37,686 nucleotides of DNA from an uncultured Rubrivirga sp. (GTDB taxonomy: Bacteria > Actinomycetota > Actinomycetes > S36-B12): contig CAYPSE010000004.1 of NCBI GenBank assembly GCA_964413305.1, forward strand, positions 1-37,686, read 5' to 3'. Below, piece after piece: positions 7,992 through 17,074 of this stretch. Under the pieces are notes generated by a model. It had not been told where the DNA came from. It made no database searches and saw nothing but the letters and a program-made list of their open reading frames with translations. A program made the translations under genes and the position numbers. Positions within the stretch are counted from its first letter, which is position 1. Each line of letters starts with the position of its first letter.

Positions 7992-8483
7992 GTGGGTTCA
8001 CCGCTCGACACCGTCTTCGGCCTCCCCACGCACGTTCTGATCGTGCACGCCACCGTGGTGCTCTTGCCCGTCGCGGTAGTGGGAGCGATCCTCATCGTTC
8101 TGCGGCGCAGTTGGATCCACCGACTCGGCTGGATATCCGTGGTTGCGGCTGGATTGGGTATGGGTGCCGCGTGGCTCAGCAGGGGCTCGGGTGAGCAGTT
8201 GGCATCTCGGGTGGGCAATCCCCAACCCCACGTCGAATACGGTGAGGCCTTGCCGATCCACGCAACCGGCTTCTTCATCCTTGTACTTGCCTACTGGCTC
8301 ATCGCGCGCGGCATCCCGGGGAATCGTCCTCGTCCCTGGTGGGTAATCGGCCTGGGGGTGGTGGTCATCGTGGCCTCACTCGGCTTGCTGTGGTCGACGA
8401 TCATCACGGGACACTCCGGCTCGGAGGCAACCTGGGGCGCCATCATCGAGAACACTCGGCCCGGGCAGGTTCCCGCTCCGTAG
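7992..8483 (+). CDS. DUF2231-type integral membrane protein
   Basis: 163 aa with about four hydrophobic segments and the N-terminal motif GLPTHVLIVHATVVLLP. Confidence 0.65.
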   Translation: MGSPLDTVFGLPTHVLIVHATVVLLPVAVVGAILIVLRRSWIHRLGWISVVAAGLGMGAAWLSRGSGEQLASRVGNPQPHVEYGEALPIHATGFFILVLAYWLIARGIPGNRPRPWWVIGLGVVVIVASLGLLWSTIITGHSGSEATWGAIIENTRPGQVPAP

Positions 8484-8493
8484 TCGGTCGGCG

Positions 8494-9534
8494 TCAGATG
8501 TCGGCTTGCGTGCGACTTCGCAGCAATCGCCGTAGGGACGCCAGTCGCTTCGGGTTCATCGAGGGGTCGGCATCCAATGCGCAGTACCGATCATCGTGCG
8601 TGCATCCCCGTGGGCACGCTTGGGCGGCGTCCTCGATATCGGCGAAGGCGCGGATGACTCGGTGGGGTTCGATGTGCGCCAGACCGAAGGAGCGAATCCC
8701 CGGTGTGTCGATGATGATGCCTCCCCCCGGTAGTGGCAGTGCGATCACATTGGTCGAGGTATGGCGGCCCTTGCCAGTGACGAGATTGACCCCGCCGGTC
8801 GATCGTCGAGCGGTGGGGACCAGGGAGTTGACGAGGGTCGATTTGCCTACGCCGGAATGTCCGATCAACACCGTGACGTGATCCACGAATGCGTCTTCGA
8901 TTGCAGGCGTGACCCGTTTGCTGTGGATCTTGTGAATGGGTACGTCCAGCGGTCCGTATAGCTCGATAAGGGGTGCAGGGGAGGCGATGTCGGTCTTCGT
9001 GATGATGAGCATGGGTGAGATTCCCGCGTCGAAGGCAGCCACGAGGGTGCGATCGATGAGACCCGGACGCGGATCGGGGTCTGCCGCTGCCACGACGATG
9101 GCCAACTGATCCGCATTCGCCACGATCACGCGCTCGACCGGATCGGCGTCGTCCGCGGAGCGACGCAACGTGGTTTCCCTCGGGAGCCGGCGGACTATTC
9201 GAGCGAAGTCCTCCCGTGACAATCGGTCCGTTGCGGTTTCCTCGGATAATCCGATCACCTCGACGCGGTCGCCCACCACGATGCCTTTGCGTCCGAGTTC
9301 TCGAGCCTTGACCGCGAAGTGCTCGCTTCCATCGGTGGCCACGATGGTGAAGCGTCCGCGATCCACGGTTGCAACGGTCGCCGGTCTGGCATCCTCGAAC
9401 TCGGGTCTGTCCTTTGTTCGGCGTCGACTCTTGTTACGTCCGGGTCGGACGCGAACGTCGTCCTCGTCCAACTTCAAGTGTCTGGTCACGTCGCCACCGT
9501 GCTGGTTCAGTTTCCCTGGGTGGTGATGGCCCAC
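8494..9534 (-). CDS. rsgA: Ribosome small-subunit-dependent GTPase A
   Basis: It has a circularly permuted GTPase layout (TKTD ... GHSGVGKSTLVN) and a C-terminal zinc cluster (CPRGCTHDDRYC). The GTG 9534 start overlaps the aroA 3' end by 28 nt. An internal GTG at 9489 is an alternative start. Confidence 0.9.
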   Translation of the reverse strand: MGHHHPGKLNQHGGDVTRHLKLDEDDVRVRPGRNKSRRRTKDRPEFEDARPATVATVDRGRFTIVATDGSEHFAVKARELGRKGIVVGDRVEVIGLSEETATDRLSREDFARIVRRLPRETTLRRSADDADPVERVIVANADQLAIVVAAADPDPRPGLIDRTLVAAFDAGISPMLIITKTDIASPAPLIELYGPLDVPIHKIHSKRVTPAIEDAFVDHVTVLIGHSGVGKSTLVNSLVPTARRSTGGVNLVTGKGRHTSTNVIALPLPGGGIIIDTPGIRSFGLAHIEPHRVIRAFADIEDAAQACPRGCTHDDRYCALDADPSMNPKRLASLRRLLRSRTQADI

Positions 9535-10829
9535 AGCGAAGGGAAATTCGGAAGGGTCTTGGCGGTGGTGGCCACGTTCTCAACCGACACCCCAGGGACA
9601 CGAAGTCCGATGATCGCTCCGGCAGTTGCCATGCGATGGTCGTGGTAGGTGTGGAAAGGTCCGCCGTGCAGGGACGAAGGATTGATGATCACGCCGTCAT
9701 CAGTTTGTTCGATCTTCCCGCCTAGGCCGGAGATCTCGCTCTCCAAGGCGGCGAGACGATCGGTCTCATGACCGCGCAGATGCGCGATCCCACGCAGCGT
9801 GCTCGTGCCTTCCGCGAACAAACTCATGGCCGCAATCGTGGGTGCTGTCTCGCCAACATCCGAAAGGTCGATGTCTACCGGATCGATGCGATCGGGACCT
9901 TCCACCTCAAGGGCGTCCCCATGCACACGGATGTTCGCACCGAACTTGCGGAGAATGCCCAGGACCGTCTCGGTGGGTTGGAGCGAGTCAGCCGGCCACC
10001 CTTCGATGGTGACGCGACCACCCGTGACTATTGCAGCGGCGATGAAAGGCAGGGCGTTCGAGATATCGGGCTCGATGGTCCAGTCACGGGATCTGATCTC
10101 CTGGGAATCGACGTGCCAGGTGAAGCGCTCGAATCCTTCGATCGGAGGATCCTCCACGACGCGAACCTGAACCCCGTGCCCCGCCAGCATGCGAATGGTC
10201 ATGTCGACATGCGGCGCACTGGGTAGTCGCCTACCTACGTGATGGATCGTGGCCCCCGCCTCGAATCGCGCCGCAGACAGCAGTAGGGCGCTCACGAACT
10301 GACTTGACTTCGAAGCATCGAGGACAACCTCCCCACCGGGCACGTGTCCGCGACCTCGGACGAGTATCGGCAACTTGCCGGTTCCGGCATCGTCGACGTC
10401 GATGCCCACATCTTTCATGGCTTCGATCAAGGTGGCCATCGGCCTACGGCGTGCCGCCGAATCACCGTCGAACATCACGTCGCCGTGGTTCAGCCCTGCG
10501 AGGGGAGGAAGGAATCTCATGACGGTACCCGCGAGTCCGACATCGATTGTGGTGTCCGGAGCGGTCTTCAGATAGTGCGGTGTGACCTCTAGATCGATGC
10601 TTGTGTCGGATTCGGACAGCGTGCGAAAGCCCACACCGAGCGTGGCGAGTGCTTCGATCATGAGTTGGGTGTCGCGTGAGCGAAGCGCATGGGTTACCCG
10701 GCTAGGGCGATCACTCAGTGCAGCCAGGACGAGCGCGCGGTTGGTCAGCGACTTCGAGCCGGGGACTCGGACTTGTGCATCAACTCGTTGCCCGCAGTGC
10801 GGGGCTGACCACCAGGACTCAGAAGGCAC
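9507..10829 (-). CDS. aroA: 3-phosphoshikimate 1-carboxyvinyltransferase (EPSP synthase)
   Basis: It has the VRVPGSKSLTNRALVLAAL N-terminal signature, a 440-aa length and the HDHRMATAGAIIGL C-terminal motif. Confidence 0.93.
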   Translation of the reverse strand: MPSESWWSAPHCGQRVDAQVRVPGSKSLTNRALVLAALSDRPSRVTHALRSRDTQLMIEALATLGVGFRTLSESDTSIDLEVTPHYLKTAPDTTIDVGLAGTVMRFLPPLAGLNHGDVMFDGDSAARRRPMATLIEAMKDVGIDVDDAGTGKLPILVRGRGHVPGGEVVLDASKSSQFVSALLLSAARFEAGATIHHVGRRLPSAPHVDMTIRMLAGHGVQVRVVEDPPIEGFERFTWHVDSQEIRSRDWTIEPDISNALPFIAAAIVTGGRVTIEGWPADSLQPTETVLGILRKFGANIRVHGDALEVEGPDRIDPVDIDLSDVGETAPTIAAMSLFAEGTSTLRGIAHLRGHETDRLAALESEISGLGGKIEQTDDGVIINPSSLHGGPFHTYHDHRMATAGAIIGLRVPGVSVENVATTAKTLPNFPSLWAITTQGN

Positions 10830-10894
10830 CTGTTCAGGGTAGTGCGGACTGGCTCATTTCCACACGGGCCACTACTCGGGCCCACAATAGAGGC

Positions 10895-11614
10895 GTGTGT
10901 GGACGTTACGCCGCAGCCCGAGATGCCGTGGAGATCGCCGATTGGTTCGAAGCAGAACAGCTTCCGGCAGACGAGCTGCCCGCGCGGTACAACATCGCCC
11001 CCACGCAGGAGTCGTACATCGTCATCGACGAAGCAGGTGTACGGGCGGTCGAGATTGCTCGATGGGGATTGGTCCCCTCATGGTCCACGGATGCCACTCG
11101 TGCCGCACGCATGATCAATGCCAGGTCGGAGACGGTCGCGGAAAAGCCTGCCTACCGATCGGCTTTTCGGCGTCGCCGGTGCCTGGTACCCGTGGATGGC
11201 TACTACGAGTGGCAGGCGGTGACTTCGGGGTCTGCAGCTGGGACGTCGCGTGTCCGCAAGCAGCCCTTCTACATCCACGAGGCGAACCACGAACTCCTTG
11301 CGCTAGCGGGCTTGTTCGAGGATTGGACTGGACCGCAGGGCTCGGTTCGCACCTTCACGATCCTCACGCAAGACTCCCGAGCCCCGCTGGACCGTATTCA
11401 CGATCGCATGCCGGTAGTGGTCGATCCCGAACACTGGGGCGTCTGGCTGGATCCGCACGCACCTGTTGCCGAGGTGTCGGAGCTGGTGAACGAACTGGTG
11501 GAAGGACGGGAGACTCACCTCCAGGCCTATCCCGTTTCCATGGCCGTCAACAAGTCGAGCAATGAGGGACCACAGATGCGTGCACCCGTCGGTCCTCGCC
11601 TGCCCGTAGGGTGA
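10895..11614 (+). CDS. SOS-response-associated peptidase (SRAP/YedK, DUF159), abasic-site DNA-protein crosslink enzyme
   Basis: GTG 10895 is followed directly by CGRY, placing the catalytic Cys at position 2. Other family motifs present are NARSETV, PVDGYYEW and HDRMPVV. The tracked start at 10718 would bury the nucleophile, so I reject it. Confidence 0.9.
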   Translation: MCGRYAAARDAVEIADWFEAEQLPADELPARYNIAPTQESYIVIDEAGVRAVEIARWGLVPSWSTDATRAARMINARSETVAEKPAYRSAFRRRRCLVPVDGYYEWQAVTSGSAAGTSRVRKQPFYIHEANHELLALAGLFEDWTGPQGSVRTFTILTQDSRAPLDRIHDRMPVVVDPEHWGVWLDPHAPVAEVSELVNELVEGRETHLQAYPVSMAVNKSSNEGPQMRAPVGPRLPVG

Positions 11615-11617
11615 GGA

Positions 11618-12286
11618 ATGATGTCTGGTCTTGTGCGTGATGTGATCTCGGAATCACCGTCAGATGACGATGAATTGAGCGATGCCGAACTGGCACTGCT
11701 GTTCGAGACCGACGCGCTGCCGTTCATCGACCAGCTGTACGGGATGGCACTGCGGATGACGCGGAATGTGGCCGATGCTGAAGATCTCGTCCAGGAAACG
11801 TTCGCCAAGGCATTCTCCGGCTTCCGCTCGTATCAGCAGGGCACGAACCTGCGGGCCTGGCTGTTCCGCATTCTGCGAAACACTTACATCAACTCCTACC
11901 GCAAGGCGCAGCGGCAGCCGAACTCCGAGTCGGCCGAGGAGCTGACCGACGGCCAGCTGCTTGACATCGAGCAGCGCGGGGCACGCGGTATCCGATCGGC
12001 GGAAGTTGAGGTTCTCGAGCGGATGGGAGACGAGGAGGTCTCCCAGGCCGTTGCCGCCCTGCCCGAGGAGTTCCGAACGGCGGTGATCCTCGCCGATGTC
12101 GAAGGGTTCAGCTACAAGGAGATCGCGGAGATCATGGAAACCCCGGTGGGAACGGTGATGTCGCGGGTTCATCGGGGAAGAAAGAGCCTGCGAACTTTGT
12201 TGGATAGTTACGCAAGGGAACACGGGTTCGTGGGTCGACAATCCGAGCAGCAGGCATCGGGGCAGCGGGAAGGGGAGGGACGATGA
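11618..12286 (+). CDS. sigH: ECF sigma factor, SigH-like
   Basis: Region 2 reads [14 protein letters not shown] and [19 protein letters not shown]. Region 4 reads [30 protein letters not shown]. It is followed by a ZAS anti-sigma gene. Confidence 0.88.
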   Translation: MMSGLVRDVISESPSDDDELSDAELALLFETDALPFIDQLYGMALRMTRNVADAEDLVQETFAKAFSGFRSYQQGTNLRAWLFRILRNTYINSYRKAQRQPNSESAEELTDGQLLDIEQRGARGIRSAEVEVLERMGDEEVSQAVAALPEEFRTAVILADVEGFSYKEIAEIMETPVGTVMSRVHRGRKSLRTLLDSYAREHGFVGRQSEQQASGQREGEGR

Positions 12287-12552
12287 GTTGCGGTCGCCCC
12301 CATGAGACTCCCTGCACCCAGGTGGTCGCTTCGCTCAGCGCGTACATCGACGGGGAAGTCCAGGCGCAGGAGTACCGACTCATCGCCGTCCATATAACCG
12401 AGTGCCCCCCGTGCGGTGACGAGGAACGGGCTCAACGCACCATCAAGGCACTGGTCTTGCGTGCGAGTTCGGTGGGCGAGGCTTCGGCTGCGCTCCACGC
12501 GCGGATCCGATCCGAGTGCCAGATGCCTTCTGATAGGCCAGACGGGCAGTAG
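12283..12552 (+). CDS. rshA: Zinc-associated anti-sigma factor (ZAS), RshA-like
   Basis: An ATGA overlap joins it to the sigH stop. It has the H-x3-C-x2-C motif HITECPPC plus an upstream Cys, and is 89 aa long. Confidence 0.85.
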   Translation: MSCGRPHETPCTQVVASLSAYIDGEVQAQEYRLIAVHITECPPCGDEERAQRTIKALVLRASSVGEASAALHARIRSECQMPSDRPDGQ

Positions 12553-12630
12553 GCTCGCGAGTCGTCGCAGGTGATCTGATCGGCAGACCGGATCGCATGT
12601 CCACTCAACCATGAGGAGAGCAGCACGTTC

Positions 12631-12852
12631 ATGGCACAGACGATCAGCGCGGAAATGGTCGCGTCCGTACATAGCGTTGCGGTCGAGCAGGGAGCATCCG
12701 TCGAGGCGGGCGTCACCTTGGTGATCTTGGAGTCGATGAAGATGGAGATCCCCGTCCTCGCAGATCGCGCCGGCACCGTTTCCGAGGTTTTCGTTCACGT
12801 GGGCGATGTGGTTCAAGAAGGCGACGCCCTCATCGCTATCGATCCGCTGTAG
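12631..12852 (+). CDS. Stand-alone biotin/lipoyl attachment domain protein (TB7.3-like)
   Basis: 73 aa with the biotinylation motif ESMKMEIP and GAGGAG upstream. As I recall it is nearly collinear with the mycobacterial 7-kDa biotinylated protein. Confidence 0.85.
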   Translation: MAQTISAEMVASVHSVAVEQGASVEAGVTLVILESMKMEIPVLADRAGTVSEVFVHVGDVVQEGDALIAIDPL

Positions 12853-12871
12853 ACCTGCCGACGAGCCCCCC

Positions 12872-13276
12872 ATGTCACAAGACGTTCTGTCCGACCAGAT
12901 CATCGGCGCCGATGGACAGGCTGAACGCGTCGTGTTGGAAGAGGACACCGCCGCGGCTGTGGGAAGTGGAGACGTTCGCGTACTCGGAACCCCCGTGCTC
13001 CTGGCCGTGTTGGAAGAGGCGACATGCGCGGCGCTGGTGGGAAGGCTGCCGAGTGAATGGACCACCGTGGGAACGATCATCGACATCACCCATCGACGAC
13101 CCACGCCCGTGGGAGCCAAGGTTCGCGCTCGAGCGGTGCTGGTGGCGCGCGAGGGAAGGCGATTGGTCTTCGAGGTGGAGGCCGATCACGAGACGATCAG
13201 CGGGGCAGTGGTTCGGTCGATAGTTCAAGGACGCATCACCCGAGCCGTTGTCGAGCGTGCTTCCTTCGCCGATTAG
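12872..13276 (+). CDS. Hotdog-fold thioesterase (fluoroacetyl-CoA thioesterase FlK-like family)
   Basis: It starts at ATG 12872. The pattern VLGTPVLLAVLEEA...GTIIDITHRRPTPVGAKVRARAVLVAREGRRLVFEVEA resembles the FlK-like thioesterase core. Confidence 0.7.
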   Translation: MSQDVLSDQIIGADGQAERVVLEEDTAAAVGSGDVRVLGTPVLLAVLEEATCAALVGRLPSEWTTVGTIIDITHRRPTPVGAKVRARAVLVAREGRRLVFEVEADHETISGAVVRSIVQGRITRAVVERASFAD

Positions 13277-14997
13277 ACCCCGGTCGTGGATCGTGGGTAG
13301 GCGATCTCCGGATCGGTGAGGACATTCACCAAGTAGGGCCCGTGGTAGGCGCGGGCTCGATCGAGGGCGGCGCCGATCTCCGCCGGATCGGTGACGGTCT
13401 CGCCGGCTCCGCCAAGACTTCTCACGACGTCGTCGTAGGGGATCGGTGGGAGATCGGCTAGGACGTCGTAGCCGTACAGGAAACGCATGGGATGGCGCTC
13501 GAGTCCCCAACCAGCGTTGTTTCCGATCACCATCGTGACGGGCACCTGGTGTCGGACCAAGGACTCCACATCCATCAGGGAGAATCCCGCCGCTCCGTCG
13601 CCCAGCAGAAGCCACGGATGGGCGTCTGGCCGAGCGATGTGGGCGCCGAGTGCGTAGCCGGGTCCAGTACCGAGGCAACCGAACGGCCCAGGATCTAGCC
13701 AGCATCCCGGTTGCGCAGGCTCGATGAATCGTCCGGCGAAAGATACGAAGTCACCGCCGTCGCCGATGACGATGTCGTCGGCGGCGATTCGCGATCGCAA
13801 CTCTCCGTAGATCCGTGCCGGGTGGATGGGCGTTGCGCTGCTCTGCAGGATTTCGACGTCCTTCGCCCAGGCCTGCTCGGAGACTTCGCGCAGAGTCCTC
13901 GCCCACTCCCGCCACCTAGATGGGTCGCACGAACGCGCAACGCATGCTCCGAGAATCTCAGACAGCGACTGGTTGAAGTCGCCGACGATGCAGACCGCCT
14001 CGGTTGCATGTGCGGCCACCTGTGATGGGGCATCGACGACATGGATCACGGTTGCGGAGGCTTCATTACCGAACTTCCCGTAGCCGAGTCGGAAGTCCAA
14101 AGGCGCCCCGATCACCACGACCACGTCGGCTTCGGCGAATGCGCGTGAGCGGGCCCGTGTGACCAGGAGTGGATCCGTGGGGTGAAGGGTGCCTCGGCCC
14201 ATGCCGTTGGAGATTGTCGGAATCCCCAGTTCGGCAATGAACATGCGGGCGGAATCGATCGCATCCCCTGCCCACACGTCGGAGCCGACCACCACCACCG
14301 GACGCTGCGCACGCGCCAGGATGGCAGCGACTTCGTCGATAGGTCCGTCCACTGCACCGTGCGCCTCGGCACCGCCGTGGCCTCCAGCGTGGTCGGACTC
14401 CGGATCCGGCACAGTGGGAGTGAAGAGAGCGTCCATGGGTACGTCGACGAAGACCGGACCTCGGTGGGCGGCGGCTGCCAGTTCGAACGCGCGGGCGACG
14501 TCTGGGCCGATGCGGGCTGGATCGTGGATTGTCCAGGCCTTCTTGGTAACCGGTTCGAGCAAAGGAACGTGGTCGAGTTCCTGCAGCGCGCCGGAGCCCC
14601 AGCGGTAGTCCGGTGCCCGACCGCCGATGAGCACGAGAGGGCTTCCGTTCATCCACGCGCCGGTAACCGCGCTCATCGCGTTGGTGACCCCCGGACCGGC
14701 TGTGACTGCAGCGAATCCGGGTATGCGGCTGAGTTTGCCGACTGCCTCGGCGGCGAATACGGCCGTCTGCTCGTGGCGCACATCGATGAGCCGTAAGGGC
14801 CCCGAACGCTCGGCCGTGCGGGGATCGGGGGCTGACTTCACCGCTTCGACACCCCCGACGGCTGCATCGAACAGCGGGAAGATGTGTGCGCCTGACAGGG
14901 TGAACAGCGCCTGGGCTCGGTGCGCAACGGCAGCATCGATCGAATGATGGCCGCCGTGGCGCGGCTCCTCGCCGGCGCGCGGGTCGGGATCGGTCAC
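13273..14997 (-). CDS. Thiamine-pyrophosphate enzyme (acetolactate synthase / oxalyl-CoA decarboxylase superfamily)
   Basis: 574 aa with the N-terminal TPP-pyrimidine domain motif GPGVTNAMSAV and the C-terminal TPP motif GDGAAGFS...NNAGWG. The exact reaction cannot be determined from sequence alone. Confidence 0.88.
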   Translation of the reverse strand: MTDPDPRAGEEPRHGGHHSIDAAVAHRAQALFTLSGAHIFPLFDAAVGGVEAVKSAPDPRTAERSGPLRLIDVRHEQTAVFAAEAVGKLSRIPGFAAVTAGPGVTNAMSAVTGAWMNGSPLVLIGGRAPDYRWGSGALQELDHVPLLEPVTKKAWTIHDPARIGPDVARAFELAAAAHRGPVFVDVPMDALFTPTVPDPESDHAGGHGGAEAHGAVDGPIDEVAAILARAQRPVVVVGSDVWAGDAIDSARMFIAELGIPTISNGMGRGTLHPTDPLLVTRARSRAFAEADVVVVIGAPLDFRLGYGKFGNEASATVIHVVDAPSQVAAHATEAVCIVGDFNQSLSEILGACVARSCDPSRWREWARTLREVSEQAWAKDVEILQSSATPIHPARIYGELRSRIAADDIVIGDGGDFVSFAGRFIEPAQPGCWLDPGPFGCLGTGPGYALGAHIARPDAHPWLLLGDGAAGFSLMDVESLVRHQVPVTMVIGNNAGWGLERHPMRFLYGYDVLADLPPIPYDDVVRSLGGAGETVTDPAEIGAALDRARAYHGPYLVNVLTDPEIAYPRSTTGV

Positions 14998-15011
14998 GCG
15001 GTCACGCTACT

Positions 15012-16514
15012 TTGTGTTCCGTGCCGATACCCGCACGTTTGGTGAAGGAACGGACCGATCTGTCGCCTGGGGACCTGGATTACCTGACGTCGGTCGTCGA
15101 GGACTGGTCGCTCATTGCGGACCTATCGCTTTCGGATCTGGTCCTGTGGGTGCCCACGTGGAACGACGCAGGGGCCGTTGCGGTTGCGCACGTTCGTCCC
15201 ACCACGGCGCCGACCAGCGTTCCCGAGGATGTCATCGGCAAGTTCACGCCGCGAGGTCGGGTTTCCGCGGTGGACCAAGCCCTGACTTTCGGCCGCACCA
15301 TCCATGCTCGTGAGGTTTCGCGCCCGCTGGTTCCCACCGGTCTCGAGGCCTACCCCATCCATCGACCCCAGCGGCAGGGATCGTCACCACATGACGAAGG
15401 TCAGGCGGGCAGGGATCGGGACGTGATCGGCGTCCTGGTGCGCCACACTTCGTCGGCCCCGCGGGTGGCGGGGCAGTTGGAGGAGTTCTACCTGTCGACT
15501 GCGGACATCCTGCTAACGATGCTCACGGCAGGAACATTCCCGGTCGTGGAGACGGTCACGGGAGCAAGTGGCCGCCCGCGCGTGGGGGATGGTGTCATCC
15601 GATTGGACCGACAAGGAGAGGTTGTCTACGCCAGCCCGAACGCGGTCAGTGCGCTACGGCGACTCGGGCTCGCCACCGACGTAGTCGGAGTCGATCTCGC
15701 GAGTTTGGTCATCCGCTTACTGCAGCGTAGGGGGGCGTCGGACGCGGCAGTGGTGGAGCTGGTCCGCGGCAAGGTTGCGGGTCGTTCGGATATCGAGGCT
15801 CCGGGATCGACCGTGCTCTTGCGTTCGCTGCCGTTGCTCAATCGGATGGGAACGAGCGACGGCGCGCTCCTGCTGCTGCGCGACACCACCGATATCCGAC
15901 GTCGTGAGCGGGCGCTCCTGTCCAAAGATGCCACGATCCGGGAGATCCACCATCGGGTGAAGAACAACCTCCAGACCGTGGCGTCGTTGCTGCGGCTGCA
16001 ATCGAGACGGTCGCAGGATGATGCCGTCCGCGCAGCGCTGGCTGACGCGCAGATGCGCGTCGCGGCGATCGCCGTTGTCCATGAGGCACTGTCGGCTGGG
16101 GAGAATGCCGATTTGGGTGAGTCCGTGGACTTCGATCAGATCGTTCGGGCCCTATTCGCAGTAGCGGTGGAGGACCCACGCAGCGGATTCCGACTTGAGC
16201 GGCATGGCGATGCGGGCCAACTTCCGGCGGAAGTGGCCACTCCGCTGGCCATGTGTGTCTCCGAACTCATTCACAACGCCGTCCAACATTCCGGTGGCAC
16301 CTTCGTCGAGGTTCGTGCTGTGCGCGAACCCGGATCCCTTCGCATCGAGATTCGAGATGATGGCCGGGGAGTCGACCGGGCGACCATTGCCGAGCCCGGA
16401 TTGGGCTTGCAGATAGTGACGTCGCTAGCTGAGACCGAATTGGACGGCAGTTTCGAGTTCGCCGAGGACCCCTACGGAACCCGGGCCGTAGTGGATGTGC
16501 GGATTCCCGACTAG
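15012..16514 (+). CDS. pdtaS: Soluble sensor histidine kinase, PdtaS-like (GAF/PAS + HisKA_2 + HATPase)
   Basis: It has the H-box HHRVKNNLQTVASLLRLQSRR and the ATPase motifs ELIHNAVQHS and GLGLQIV. I see no transmembrane segments. The start is uncertain (TTG 15012, GTG 15021 or GTG 15042). Confidence 0.85.
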   Translation: MCSVPIPARLVKERTDLSPGDLDYLTSVVEDWSLIADLSLSDLVLWVPTWNDAGAVAVAHVRPTTAPTSVPEDVIGKFTPRGRVSAVDQALTFGRTIHAREVSRPLVPTGLEAYPIHRPQRQGSSPHDEGQAGRDRDVIGVLVRHTSSAPRVAGQLEEFYLSTADILLTMLTAGTFPVVETVTGASGRPRVGDGVIRLDRQGEVVYASPNAVSALRRLGLATDVVGVDLASLVIRLLQRRGASDAAVVELVRGKVAGRSDIEAPGSTVLLRSLPLLNRMGTSDGALLLLRDTTDIRRRERALLSKDATIREIHHRVKNNLQTVASLLRLQSRRSQDDAVRAALADAQMRVAAIAVVHEALSAGENADLGESVDFDQIVRALFAVAVEDPRSGFRLERHGDAGQLPAEVATPLAMCVSELIHNAVQHSGGTFVEVRAVREPGSLRIEIRDDGRGVDRATIAEPGLGLQIVTSLAETELDGSFEFAEDPYGTRAVVDVRIPD

Positions 16515-16570
16515 TCGGGGACGTGACTCCCGTGGACGTGGGCTGAAAACGCGTCCGATCTGGCGGATGA

Positions 16571-16825
16571 TCAGGCGTTCGTACGAGCGCGCAGGCGAGC
16601 GTTCCGGCGCTTCAAGGCTCGACGTTCGTCTTCGCTCAAGCCACCCCAGACGCCGGCATCCTGGCCGGTCTCCAGAGCCCACCGCAGGCACTCGTCGACC
16701 ACCGGGCAGCGTCGGCAGACGGCCTTGGCCTCTTCGATTTGAATGAGGGCAGGTCCGGTATTGCCGATCGGGAAGAACAACTCCGGGTCTTCGTCACGGC
16801 AGGCTGCCTCGTGGCGCCAGTCCAT
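16571..16825 (-). CDS. whiB1: WhiB-family [4Fe-4S] transcription factor, WhiB1-like
   Basis: The product begins MDWRHEAACRDEDPELFFP and contains CRRCPVVDEC, the GVWGG turn and a basic tail KRRNARLRAR. ATG 16825 is preceded by GGAGGG. The tracked TTG 16840 is less likely. Confidence 0.92.
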   Translation of the reverse strand: MDWRHEAACRDEDPELFFPIGNTGPALIQIEEAKAVCRRCPVVDECLRWALETGQDAGVWGGLSEDERRALKRRNARLRARTNA

Positions 16826-16869
16826 GCGTGATCCCTCCAAGGGTGGTGGGCACCGGGGTCGCCGGCACT

Positions 16870-16885
16870 CGTGAAAGCCTTCACG
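16870..16885. promoter_or_regulatory. CRP/FNR-type dyad CGTGAA-N4-TTCACG (GTGA-N6-TCAC) upstream of whiB1
   Basis: Read directly from the sequence. It lies 45-60 bp upstream of the whiB1 ATG and matches the TGTGA-N6-TCACA core of CRP-family sites. Confidence 0.5.
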
Positions 16886-17074
16886 ATTAGGCCCGTCAAG
16901 GAGGGGGAAGGGGGATCTCCCCTGGACCCTCGGAGGAAGGCGACCTAATCAGTCCGGCTTAGGGCCTCACTAGGGTCGCAGAGGCTCGGCGTCGGCACAA
17001 CCCTAAATGACCAGGTTTCGCGCTCGGCTGCTGTCATTTTGGTCACAAGTGCAACAAATGTCCGTTTTGATCGA

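Noticed and set aside
10718-10894. The longer upstream start for the SRAP ORF.
   Set aside because: SRAP enzymes use Cys2 as an N-terminal nucleophile after Met removal. Only the GTG at 10895 places CGRY at the N-terminus.
11400-11617. A search for a SigH-type autoregulatory promoter (GGAA-N16-19-GTT) upstream of sigH.
   Set aside because: Only poor matches were found (for example GGGACC-N16-GTCG and GGAAGG with no GTT at the right spacing). Nothing is good enough to call.
12208-13705. Two long minus-strand ORFs (303 aa and 276 aa) spanning rshA, the biotinyl protein and the thioesterase.
   Set aside because: They are antisense or alternate-frame shadows with Arg/Ser/Pro-rich composition. 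The sense-strand genes carry clear motifs (ZAS, ESMKME, hotdog core).
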